Positions 11,607 to 24,000 of a DNA stretch of 64,000 bases are shown in pieces. The notes beneath the pieces are model-generated. The model ran no database searches and was not told the DNA's origin. It was given only the letters and a program-made list of their open reading frames with translations. Location: positions 71,114,001 to 71,178,000 of the forward strand of contig NC_083276.1 of NCBI RefSeq assembly GCF_963506605.1, written 5' to 3'. A program made the translations under genes and the position numbers. Source of the stretch: Zootoca vivipara. Lineage: Eukaryota. How positions within the stretch are numbered: position 1 is the first letter of the stretch; every line of letters starts with the position of its first letter.

Positions 11607-14600
11607 GTAAAGAGAGCGGGCGAGAGGCAAGACTCGAAGCCGCGAGGGGCGTCGCTGCTGCTGCTGCTGCTGCTAAACTAAACTAAACTAAACTAAACTA
11701 GACTGCTCGGCAGCCGCAGGGCGACTCGCTCCGAGAGTTTGGCTCCTGCTTGCGGGGAGAGAGAGCGGAGGGCGCTTTCGCCCCGGTGGAAACAAGTGGA
11801 AGGAGAGCTAGTAGGGGAGCTGGGTGGGGCAGCACAGGCCAACCACTTCCCCTCTCTTGGAGAAGCGAGTTTTGTGACAAAGGGCGAGGCGGACCGGACG
11901 CTAACTTTCCTCCGTGGAAAGCCCAGCTCTTCCTTGCGCCTCTTCCTAGCGCCCGCTAGGCCCGATAATATACAGTTGTGCTTTTGAGACTAGGGAGTTT
12001 TCTCTAAGTATTTCAGGGGCATGGACTGGAGCCATAACGCGTGTGGAAGGAGAGAGAAACCCTTAACGGAATCCAGATTGGACATCCGGCGTCTTCAACT
12101 TGCATTGGGGAAGCGGGAGAAACCACCCCCTATTGGTTTCAACGGGAGTTTCCCTCTCGGTGTGCTAATTTCTAGCGCTTGAGGAGAAATCCCTGAGAGC
12201 AGAGTGTTAAATCCGCCAACCAGCTGCGTTACCGTCTGGATCAGGCATCCCCAAACTGCGGCCCTCCAGATGTTTTGGCCTACAATTCCCATGATCCCTA
12301 GGTAACAGGACCAGTGGTCAGGGATGATGGGAATTGTAGTCCAAAACATCTGGAGGGCCGAAGTTTGGGGATGCCTGGTCTGGATCCTCGTGAGGCACGT
12401 TATCGTTATTTTTATTAACTAAATTTCTATACTGTACTGCCCTTCATCCGAGGATCACAGAGCTGCTTACAATATAAAAACACAAAAATACATAACATAG
12501 TAACAAACTGAAGCAATAACCCCCTCACAGGTCATATAGATGGTGTGGGAGAAGAGGAATGTTTTTGCCTGGCGCATGAACGTAGCCAAGGAGGGGGGTA
12601 AAACAATAGAAATACTTAACTGGGCAATCACGTTGGTTCTGCCCACTAACAAAAGTCCTGCCCCTCAACACAATTATTATCCATTTCTGCATGGCCTGGC
12701 ACCTAAAGATGTGTCACAAAGGCACCAGGCAATCCTTCCTGGGGAGAGCATTCCACAAGTGGGGAACCACCACAGAAACGGGCTGTTGCCAACCTCCAGA
12801 CTTCTCACAGAGGGGACACACGAAAAAGAGCCACAGGTGACAATTGCAGGGTCTGGGTTGGTTCCTATGGGGAGAGGCAGCCCTTGAGGTATTGCAGTCC
12901 TGAGTCATTTAAGGCTTTATAGGTCAAAACCAGCCTTTCAAATTGGGCTCAGATACTAATTGGCAGCCAGTGCAGTTGGGCTAGGATTGGTATAATATGC
13001 TCAAACTGTCTTGCCCTGGTGAGCAACACCTGGAGTTTCTGAACCATCCTCAGGGGCACCCCCACTTATAACATGTTGCAGTCATCTAATCTAGAGGTTA
13101 CTAGAGGATAGGCAACAAAAGTTAGACTGTACCTGTCCAGATAGGGGCACAGCAGCAGGAGCTGATGGAAGGCACTCTGTGCCACTTGGGGCCACCTGAG
13201 CCTCAGGTGACAGCAGTGAATCTAGAAGCACCTCCAAGCTGCATACCCACTCCTTCAGAGGGAGTGTAAACCCATCAGGAGTTTTGGAAATTTGTGTAAA
13301 AATGAACAAGCCTTCATTCCTGGCTAAAATGTGGCCCTTTGGCATGCTATTGACCAGGGGTAGGCAACCTAAGGCCCAAGGGCCGGATGCGGCCCAATCG
13401 CCTTCTCAATCCGGCCCGCAGACGGTCCGGGAATCAGTGTGTTTTTACATGAGTAGAATGTGTCCTTTTATTTAAAATGCATCTTTGGGTTATTTGTGGC
13501 ACATAGGAATTCGTTCATATTTTTTTCCAAAATATAGTCTGGCCCACCACATGGTCTGAGGGACGGTGGACCAGCCCATGGCTGAAAAAGGTTGCTGAGC
13601 CCTGCTGTTGACTTTCCAGAAGCCCTAACTCAGCAACAGGAAATTCTCTGGCCTCTAGATGGCACTGTGAACCCCAGAAAAACAGTTCAAGTTGAGAAAG
13701 TCAAAGAAAAAAACAAGTCGTTAAATTAAAAAATCCTCAAACCAGAGCAACAGCCTAATAACAGTTAGTGACAGGACATCAGCTCGATCTTTTCATTGCT
13801 AAAAACAATATAGGCTACACAAACATAAATGAAATATAGAAAAAGAAAGGGATCCTCAACATTTTGCCATTGTCTATCCTAAAGTATTATTGACTGCCCA
13901 TTCCTTAGTGTTAAAGATTTGAGTGAAGTTCACAGGTGAAATATAGGAGACTATGGTTTTTGTCTTTATTTTTTGGCAAGGTGTGTGCGTGCTGCAAAAG
14001 AGAGCATGTGATCTCTTTTGCAAGGGAAACTATGAGTGGGCAGTGAGTTCCTAACAAGTGTTCATTCAGCAAAACAGACACTTGTGTTCCCATCCCAAAT
14101 GACTGTAGACACCTGTTTAGGGGAAGAAACACCCCAAATTATTATCCATTTCTGCATATGCTGTATCAACAGGAATAATTTCTTAAGGCTATCTAATTCA
14201 TTCTCAAAACTATTCTGTGATGAAGGGCATTGTTACTCCAGTTTTAGAGATGAGATATGAGAGGAAGTAAAATTCCTAAAGCCAAACAGAGAGTTTTCAT
14301 ATCCAAGTAAGAATGTTTCTTCTGGGGTGTGTGTGTGTGTATAACGTAAGGCTGTCATCACACAGCTTCTACTGGATGATTTGTAGTGCCTCATCACAAT
14401 CCTGGATGTGCATGACATCAGGGCAGGGGAGGGAGCAAAAGAGAAGGCAGAAAATAGACACAGAAGCAAAAGGTGGTTTAAAACAACAGCAGGGGTGGAG
14501 AACAAAGGGGGGAAGTGGCTATTTTAAACTGGCAAGAGGTTTGAATAAAGTGAGCAGGAAGGGGAAATAGCATTTTAAAACAAGGTTTGAGACTTGAGTA

Positions 14601-17600
14601 CAGAGAGAAGGCAGTTAAAGAAAGGCTCTGTTGTGCTAGCTTCTCTGTACCTATCTGTACGATTTCTCTTTGCTAAAAGTGTTTTGTTTTGTTTTTTTAA
14701 AACCAACCCCTTAGTATCCTTCCACCACTCCTTTACTCAATCTTCTGCTTAAAAGCCACAGAATCTTTTGCAGTAAGTATAAGCACTTGGCATTTTCCTC
14801 AGAAACAGGCTGGTAACCAGTGAATATATTTTAATAACATATTCAAAATAACCAGTCACATTTATAGCCAGAGTCAGAAGGCTATATCCCAGCAGGCTGC
14901 ACAACCACTTGACAGAACATGTCTTTCTTCCCTTCACATCTGTGCTTGGCCTAAATTAGACAGACTGCAAGTTTGGAAAAAGTTTGCAACTTTATTCTGC
15001 TTGAGACAACTTAACTGTTTTACTAAAGCAAGTGTAACCAACATGATGCCTTGCAAATGTGGCTGGGAACCAGCTCCCATCAGCCCTAGCCAGCTATGCC
15101 AACAGCCATGGATGGTGGGAGACAAGCAACATCTGGAGGGCACCACGCTGTCTACTCTTGTGTTAAAGAATTCATTGAGTCACAAAATCCCCTCTAGCAA
15201 GGGGCATCTTGCTCACTCATGTTGTAAAAAGTTGCAGAGTAATAAACAGTGTAATGTTGTACACGCAGATCCTGCTATCCACCCACTTGTTATCCACCAG
15301 TTCACTTATCCAAACATAAAGAATTATGCCCAAACCTTGCTATACACTTTGCAGCTTCAGATATCTGAGCAACTGGAGCTTGCCCACTTCCTTACTTGTT
15401 GTGCTTTGCTGGTTGGCGGCAGCCATTTTTGAGCAGAAACCACGGTGAGAGAGAGAGATCAGACAAATCCCTTTTCCTTTTCCTCTTGCTGGTTGACTGC
15501 AACCATTTTGAGAAGAAACCATGGCAGGAGGGGGAGAGAGAGCACTGATTCCCATAGCAATTAATAGACAATGTTAGCCCAATACTTACTTAATGAACAA
15601 TTTCCAGGGAATGCATTGTGGGTGGATAGTGGGACCTGCATGTATAGGAAGATGAATGTGTAGATAAACCTGGTTTAAGAAAGATGATTAGGTACTTTCC
15701 AACTATCTGATTTCTGCATTCAGGGGTAGTCAGTGTGGTGCTCTCCAACTGTTTTGGATTATGACTCCCACCATCCCTGACTGCTGCCCATACTGGCTAG
15801 GGCCAGTGGGAGTTGCAGTCCACATCATCGGAGAACACCAGGTTGGCTACCACTGATTTATATTATATGGGAGGAACTCAACATTGCACCCTTCTGGTCA
15901 TTCAGCGCAAGCATTTCTGATTGCCAGGTAGTACAACCCCCCTCTCCTCCTCCACCTGTGCAGGGTTTTTTCCCAACCCTCCAGAGCAATCTCAGCTATA
16001 GCATCCATGACAGAAGGCCATCCAACCTCTGCTTAAAAACCCCCAAGGAAGGAGAGTGCACAACCTCCCTAGGGAGACCAGTCGTTCGTGACTGGTCTTA
16101 ACTGTCAGGGGTCTTTTACCTTTTTAGGCTAAGGCAATTTCTGTGTCAGTTTAGGAAAAAACCTCCTGTTTCGCTTATTTTTCAACTGATTGGACTTATT
16201 TTGGTATCAAAGTAAAGGTAATTGTGATCTCTTTCAAAATAAGGTATAAAATAAGGTATCAAAATGGTATTAAGTGCCACAGAAAAGGGCCACCGACCAT
16301 TCAATGGGAAACAAAAAGCTATTTTGTTTCCCATACATGTAATATGGGCAGTGATGAATCATAGCCTCCTGCTGTTAGAAAGGTCAAAAGACTATTTGCA
16401 ATAATGCTATTTTTTTCTTTATGAAGAATCTCTGAAAGTGACAATGGAAAGTCGGATGGTGGCGGTCTTGGATATAGATGTGATGATACCATGTGAGATC
16501 TCTGAATACAGTACTCCAGAGCTAAAGATCACAAACATTGCTGTTGAGTGGTATTGGAAGGCCTCTTCCAAGGAAGTGGAAAATATAGTATACACCATTG
16601 TTTCTGGAGTGCCTACATCTTATAGAAACGGTGCAAGAATGGATGAAAGTGAACTAAAAAAAGGCAATGCTGCACTTTTCCTCCCCCAAATACAGATTAG
16701 TGAAGAAGGAATATACAGATGTTCTGTGACTGTCACCCCAGTTTCAGATGAAGGAACCACTGTTCTAGAGTTAATTGGTAAGTATTTATGTTGTACAAGT
16801 TTGTAGAAAACTTACAGAGAACGAACTTGTACATTTCAGAATTTCCCGGTAGTTTTAAGGTCTAAGTAAGCATTATATAAGGAAATGTATGTGATATCAC
16901 CCATCATTAGAGAAAAGTCACTTTGCAAGACAGTAATTTAGAACAGAGAACTATGGGGGTGGGGTGCTTAGTCCTTTTCGCCAAGCACCAAAATACATTC
17001 CAAGCTGCTTCAGTCCCCCCCCCCCGTGGGAGATGCAGGTTCTAAATTGTAATAATCCTATGTATGTATACCAGTGAAATTTGTTCTGTATCCTTCAGTG
17101 TCAAAATGCTATGAATAAATAGCAACAAAAATAACAAAGCAGAGGAAGAAAAAAAAATACCTTCATATCAATGGTGGGGAAAAATAAACCAGCTGGTATT
17201 TTGAAGGACCTGGGAACATAAAATGCCCCTCCAGGTCCGCCATGTACTTTTCTGCTTTTTCCATCCAGTTGTGCAGAGTCGCTCGTAACTCTAGTTTTGC
17301 CCAGTTTTGGTATTCTCCTGGAGTCCTTTCTTCAACTCTTTCCCTCCACCATTATTTCCCCCCAAGTTCGTTCTTGTTCATTTCTATTACCACCAAGGCT
17401 CTTGACCAGCCTTCCCTCCTTCCCACCCATAGCTCATAGCTCCTCTTGACCCACAAAACACCTTCCTCAGGACTTCTCTTCTGTGCCTCTTGCCCCAACA
17501 TTCTCCTTCTACTTAAATAACCCTCACCCCAGGTTTTTAGTTTAGACCATGTCCTTCTGAGAAATCAGGAGTATCATCTATGACTTTCACTTCAACTTGT

Positions 17601-18067
17601 ATTGGATTTTAAGTGCTCTTTGTTGGTTTGGAAACCAGTTTTTGTCTGAAAAAACTGTATAAAAATGCAGCAAAACCAGGAAAGAAATTGACACTTTTTA
17701 TTATCTCCATGCAGCTCAGCCTTCTATAAAGCTGTCTCCCAGGACAGTTGAACTAGAAAATGGCAAGGAGAAGACCCTGTCATGTACAGTGAATAAATTC
17801 TATCCTCTTTCGATTGAGGTTCATTGGGAGAAAAAATCTGAACATGGCAATAATGAAGTTGTACCTGCAGATGATATTTGCACAGGGGTACCTGTGAAAA
17901 ATGGAGATGGCACTTTCAATGTAACCAGTAAACTGGGGCTACAACCATCTTTACAGGATAATGGAAATGTCTATAGTTGTGTTGTGGGACACAAATCATT
18001 TTCCATACGGCAGGCCTTCAATGCCACTTTGATAGTAACAGGTATTCCTTCTGTTGACCTTTTCTGC

Positions 18068-18099
<32 letters not shown>

Positions 18100-21000
18100 G
18101 TGGCATAGCTGCCAAGTTCTCCCTTTTTTTTTAAGGAAAATTCCCTTATGCTGAATAGGCTTCCTCGTGAGAAAAGGGAAAACTTGGCAGCTATGAATAG
18201 TGGGTCACATCCAACTGGTGTACTTCCATGAGTGTAGGGGCTTTTGATCCAGAAGGAGAGGGGATATTTGCCCACACACCCTGGAGCCTTCAGCAATTTC
18301 CACTAATTCTGCCCTATGTTCTGAAATGTTCTCCTTTCTCCAAAGATTCATATTGTACTTACAAATGCATTAGTCTTTGGGACTTCCATGCAGGGGCATC
18401 ACAAGGAAAGGGATAAAAAATATTGTAATGCCTTTATACAAATCTATGGGAATCTTGTGTACAGTTCTAGTCGCTGCATCTCAAAAAGATTATTGTGGAG
18501 CTGGGAAAGGTGCACGAAAAGGGCAACCAAAAATGATATTAGGGATGGAACAACTCCTTAATGAGAAAAGGTTATGGCACTTGGGGCTTTTTTTTAAAGG
18601 CAAATACGAGGAAGGGACATGTTAGAATTGTTTAAAATTATGTGTGATATGGATGGAAGTTGGTTCTCCATTAACACAATATGGGATCATCCAGTGAAGT
18701 TGACTGGTGAGAGGTTCAGGACAGACAGAAAGAAGTACTTTTTCATGCAACACATGCTTAAGTTACAAAATTTGCTGCCATGTAGTGGTCTGTTGATGGC
18801 CATTAGCTAAAATGGGTTTACAATAAAAAAATTCCTTCAGTAGCACCTTAAAGACCAACTAAGTTTATATTTTGGTATGAGCTTTTGTGTGCATACACAC
18901 TTCTTCAGATACAATGTGATTGGACACAATTGTGTACTATAAGCCCACCAATGGCTACCTCCAATATCAGAGGTGGCATGCCTCTGAACAGAACTTTCTG
19001 GCAAACGACAACGTGAGAGGTCTTTATGTCCGGTCTGGAAACCTTATAGTCATGCTAAATCAAATTAGTTTTTGGGCTGCTCCAGCAGGACTTTTCTTAT
19101 GTGCAGTTGGAATAAATGAGGCTAAAATGACTTTGCCACAATTGAGCAGCTGAATATGAAATATTACTTGTCATCAAAAGGTTGCAACAAGGCTGAAACA
19201 TTTTGCTATTTTGTGTGATAAGTAACAAGAACAATTTTTCTCTCTTTACAGAACCACCACCAAATTTTATCTGGTTGGCCGTGATACTTGTTTTATTATT
19301 ACTTGGTATGATTCCTGTAATTCTGTACATCAAGTACTTTAAGAAAAGTAAGTAATGGGAAGCATTTAATTAATTAATTTATTAATTTTTTAAAATTAAG
19401 ATAATTCTATACTATTCATCAAAGGTGGTTAAGGGTGGTTTACAAAAATAGATTAATATGAAACATAATACAGGCACGTATTCATTATTATTAAAGTAAA
19501 ATTAGTATTTTTGTGAAATCTTAATCTTTGGTAAACTTAGGTCTGAAATGACAGTATTCAAAAAGTCCTAGGCACCAGTACACCAGGCACAAAAAAATCT
19601 TGCTTGTGGTTAAGAATTTTGACTAAGTTTTCTTTTAAGTGGCTAAGATTTCTTTGCTGAATCAATTAGGGAAGGGCCATACCTCAGTGATAGAGCATCT
19701 GTTTTGCATGTAAGAGGTCCTAACTGGTTAGTTCTAGCTTCAGCACTATCTTGGAGATGGATGGCTATCAGTGACAGAGTGGTGGCCCCAGATTTATCTG
19801 CTCACTAGAAAAGACTCATGGAGTCTATACAACTGAAGCTACTATTTGACATTGCAAGTACTCAATTAGCAACCAATAACATCCACATAAAATAAGTCCT
19901 GGAAGAGACCTTGAAGGTCATTTAGTCCAAGCCCCTGTCACAGATAAAGCACCCTTTCTCAGCTCTTTTGCTTCATTCTACATGATACAGAAATAGCACA
20001 CTGTGCAAGATTCTTAATTCAGGACTACAAAGCTAACCAAAATCCTTGGGTGGGATATGTACAAAAGGAGTAAGAAGGAATGCTTAATCTGTGGCTACCC
20101 TGCACTGAGTGGGGAGTGGGGAGTTGGACTGGATGATTAAGGTGTTAAGGAATATAGCTAGTGTGTTAATTCCATTAGTGAGGAAAAAGCTGACTCACTC
20201 TGATTCATTTCCAAAATGCATCTGACTCAATTTTACTTCTTTATCAGTTTACTGGGCAGATTTGGTTGCCATGTGTCCTCTTATTCCAGGACACGTCCTC
20301 TTTTTCACGGGTAAAATTTCTGTCCAGGTGGATTTTTAAAATTTCCCCAAATGTCTCTGGCTATACTTTCTGGATGAGACATAGACTTGTTTTCCTCTTC
20401 TCTTCCCCTGTCCCCCTCAGCATTATATCACAGCATCTATATCCTACATATAGTAGAGGTATTTGAAATGAAAGTTGTCATAGTGTCCTCTTTGTTGCTC
20501 TTCAAAATATGGCTACCTTAGTAAGCATGTTACTCTGTGTATAAAATGGCTTGGATTAGACAGTATTGGTTGTGGGTTGGTGGCTGTTATCAGGAAGGAG
20601 TGAGTCATTGTGAAACACTTTGAGGAGAGCTCATCTGAAAAGAAGGCTTGGGGGATTGTCAGTCTTCAGGACTCTGGAGAACTCTAAGCTGTTGCAGGAC
20701 TCTCTGTAAATTGACTTAGAACTTGCATGTGGATTTTGCTCAGCAAGGATTTTGAATTACACAAACCCCTCTGGGACCAAAGATAGAAAAGCCTTTGTGT
20801 AACCTGTATATAGTGTGTAAATATAGAGTGTGTATTTTGTGTGTGTCAGGTAAAACAACTGCTTAAACAAGAACTGTTTTGGGTTGGTGAGCTAAGCAAC
20901 TTTACTGAAGCTTCCAGGGCACACACACAGAGAGCAAGATATATAGATTGAAGATAGCACCCCCTATACGGTTCTTTTAAACTCTTATTATTCTGTGGGA

Positions 21001-24000
21001 AAGGTACACATAGCCAGTACACTTCCATCCGTTATGTGTTAATGGGTACTCATAACATATCATGGTGGCTTCTGCTTAAGCCGGAACTAATCACAACATA
21101 GGATATCTACTCATATCCATCCATATTGTCTAAATAACACCTCTGTTGAGGGTGTGACCTTTAACAGCTGCAAAAACCAGCATTTTGGAGCTTGAGAGAA
21201 CATGAAACTTAATACAATACATTAAGTTGTTTTTGTTCACTGAACTGTCACTATTTAATGTCTTATTGCCACAGAGGAATTATGGAAGGAATGATCTTCC
21301 AAATCAGAAAGATTCTTTTTGCAAATTCATTTGCTGCAAAAATCTTTTTAAAATCCCTGCTCCTACCTTCTGGCTTTCTATCATATCACCCCCAACACTT
21401 GAAAGCTAAACAGTCTTTGTTAAACTGGCTTCTTAAGTATGGCTGTTGCTATACTCAACTGAACCTCAAACAAACTCTTCCTAGTCTCATGGAGGCTTCA
21501 TCCAGGACTGTCTTTTTCTTCCAGTTATGCTTTACCTGATCTGCACTGCAAGCAGTCTAGATAGGGATTGTGCCACTTGATCTTTGATACAGCATCTTGC
21601 ATACATTGTTCTTCACCACGTAGCAGTCACTGGCATTTGCAATAGACTGAATGTGATAATTACAAAAAGGAAAAATTCAGTCATACCTCAGTTTAAGTAT
21701 GCTTCGGTTTGAGTACTTTCAGTTGAAGTACTCCGCGGACCCGTCTGGAACGGATTACTCCACTTTCCATTACTTTCAATGGGAAAGTTCGCTTCAGGTT
21801 AAGTACGCTTCAGGTTAAGTACAGACTTCCTGAACCAATTGTGTACTTAAACCGAGGTACCACTGTAATGCTTTGTTGTAAACTGCAGTAAGAATGTTCC
21901 TCTTACAGATGACTTGTTATAATAGTGTCAGTTGAAACACTGCTACAAGTTTCTACACCTGAAGTTCTTCTTGAAACACTCATTTGTGAGTGTTTTTGTT
22001 TTTTGTTTTGTTCTTTATAGTTCAACCAGGGAAATTTTCAGCAATTAAAAATAAAGAATTGAAACATTTGGAAGAAACACTGGTGGTGTTCTTGCTGCAA
22101 GGCTTTCGTCCAAAGCGTTTAGAAATAGTTTTTTTCTTAAAACTCCCAAGCTGGAATGAAAAACAGGAAATATACTCTTGGAATACTATGACAGCCAGCA
22201 ATCCTGAACACGGAGAAGATACACCTCTTATCATCACTGGAAAAGGAGAAGAAAGTTCTGATCTTGTCATGAAGTTGAAGACCATGTTTACTTTTGATCC
22301 AACTTTGCAAGTAAAACAAAGGCGCACTTTTGACGTTTCCTGCAGTGTCAACATAGTTCCAGATGTAAAGCTGCTGAAGGAGTTTGAACTTACACTTGAA
22401 GTTAGACACGAGGCCTTCCCAGATTGTTTGTCTACTGAAACAATATCATTTAAAGTCATAGGTAAGTAGGAAATATGGGCTGAAATGATCACTTAGAATA
22501 ATACTATTTCACTGGCTATTATAAGAATTCTGTCAACAGATGAAAGGTGAGAGAGCTGCATGAATGCAATGGGATACTTTCTGCTGCCATAGCCAATGAT
22601 GATACATAAAGGGAAACAATGCAGGATTGTAGCTAAACTCTTTGATCAGTCTACAAAAAGTGAATGATAAGATGGGAAAGCAGCATAGGTGGCTTGTGTG
22701 GAGATTATTTCTCTTAAACACGTTCAGTTTGACTAGTTCCTTATAACTTGTGAGCTCATACAAAGGGCGAAGTGATGACCTTTAAAGCATTTCATGGTAT
22801 AAGGCCTGCATGGGATTCAGATCAGAAATTCATATGTGGACAAAAGAAAGTCCATACTTATTATCTTCTCCTGTTGCATTCTACTTACTAATAATATCAC
22901 TTTTTTGGTATTTATTTATTTACAGAATGTACTCCCAAAGTCTCCAAATTTGAATGTGAGCCTCCTGTACCAGAGTGTGGGAAAATCATCACATTATCTT
23001 GTTTAGTAGAAGATTTCTGCCCACGGGAGTGTGGCATTTGTTGGCTAAGAGGCAATAATGAGCCTTTGGATGCTACAAGTAACACAGAGAAGCCACAGCT
23101 GGACCCAGTGTCAAATCTGTATTGCAAGAAAAGCAGAGTATCCTTTATACCTCAACCAGAAGACCACGCGGTAGATTTTATTGTTCAAATCAACCATTGT
23201 CAAAAAGTTATAAGACATAGTTACCCACTCCTGTTAAAAGGTGAGTACTTGGCAAGTTCTTCTGCAATGAACAACTACTTGTGCTTCCTGTCTAAATAGT
23301 TTATATAAAACTGGAGATACACAATTGAGTTGTTTCCTGTATCTGTATTTGTTGTGGGTCTTTGATCACTTGTAGTGAAAGAGATCACTTTTATCTCTTT
23401 GTCATTAGGTGATGCTATCGTGGGTTTGTCCCATGGAAAACATGACTCAGAGAGCCCTTGCACAGAAGTGTCAAGTCCTTCATAAAATTAGAGTTTAGAA
23501 CCTTTTCTGGGTGAAATCAGCAATGCATGTTCATAGCTGATATATGCATCTTCTCAGGAAAATTATAGTGTCAGCTAGTGGCAAATTGCAAACATGACAA
23601 GCATTATGGTGAAGCCAATTTAAAACATGAATCAAATGAGAAATTGGAGCTCTCATCTGTTTCAATCCAGAAGGTCAAAGATGGCACACTTTGTATTCCA
23701 ACCAGGATAAAACAGCCACGTGTAATCATATACATTTAATAACAAATAATATATATATTATATTATATATAATTATATATTATATATGGGTGTCAGATAT
23801 ATTAGAATATGTTACAGACTGCCAATGCTCTCCTGCCATTATATGCATACTGTTATCATTTCTTCATATACCATATCGTGCGGATTTGAACTAGTTAAAT
23901 CTGCAAAGCTTTTAATTTGTAATTTTTGTGAATTGCTGCGATTTCACAAAAGATCTGACTCCCAGAGTTCATTGGGAGAAGCCATAACATCTAAACTAGG

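Larger units (their letters stand above)
11100..12240 (+). promoter_or_regulatory. CpG island/promoter and first exon of the NCR3LG1-like gene
   Basis: Sharp rise in CpG and GC content against an AT-rich, CpG-poor background; surrounds the ATG at 11516. Confidence 0.8.

Noticed and set aside
11321-11686. 121-aa ORF at the CpG island
   Set aside because: Only 11516-11606 (the signal peptide exon) is supported; the rest is promoter/UTR and intron.
22021-22150. Second transmembrane segment that would return the later Ig domains to the outside
   Set aside because: The hydrophobic runs (LVVFLL, IVFFL) are 5-6 residues interrupted by QGFRPKRLE, consistent with beta-strands and not a TM helix.
22022-22492. 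156-aa minus-strand ORF (also 22912..23127, 28668..28859)
   Set aside because: Antisense shadows of the plus-strand Ig exons.
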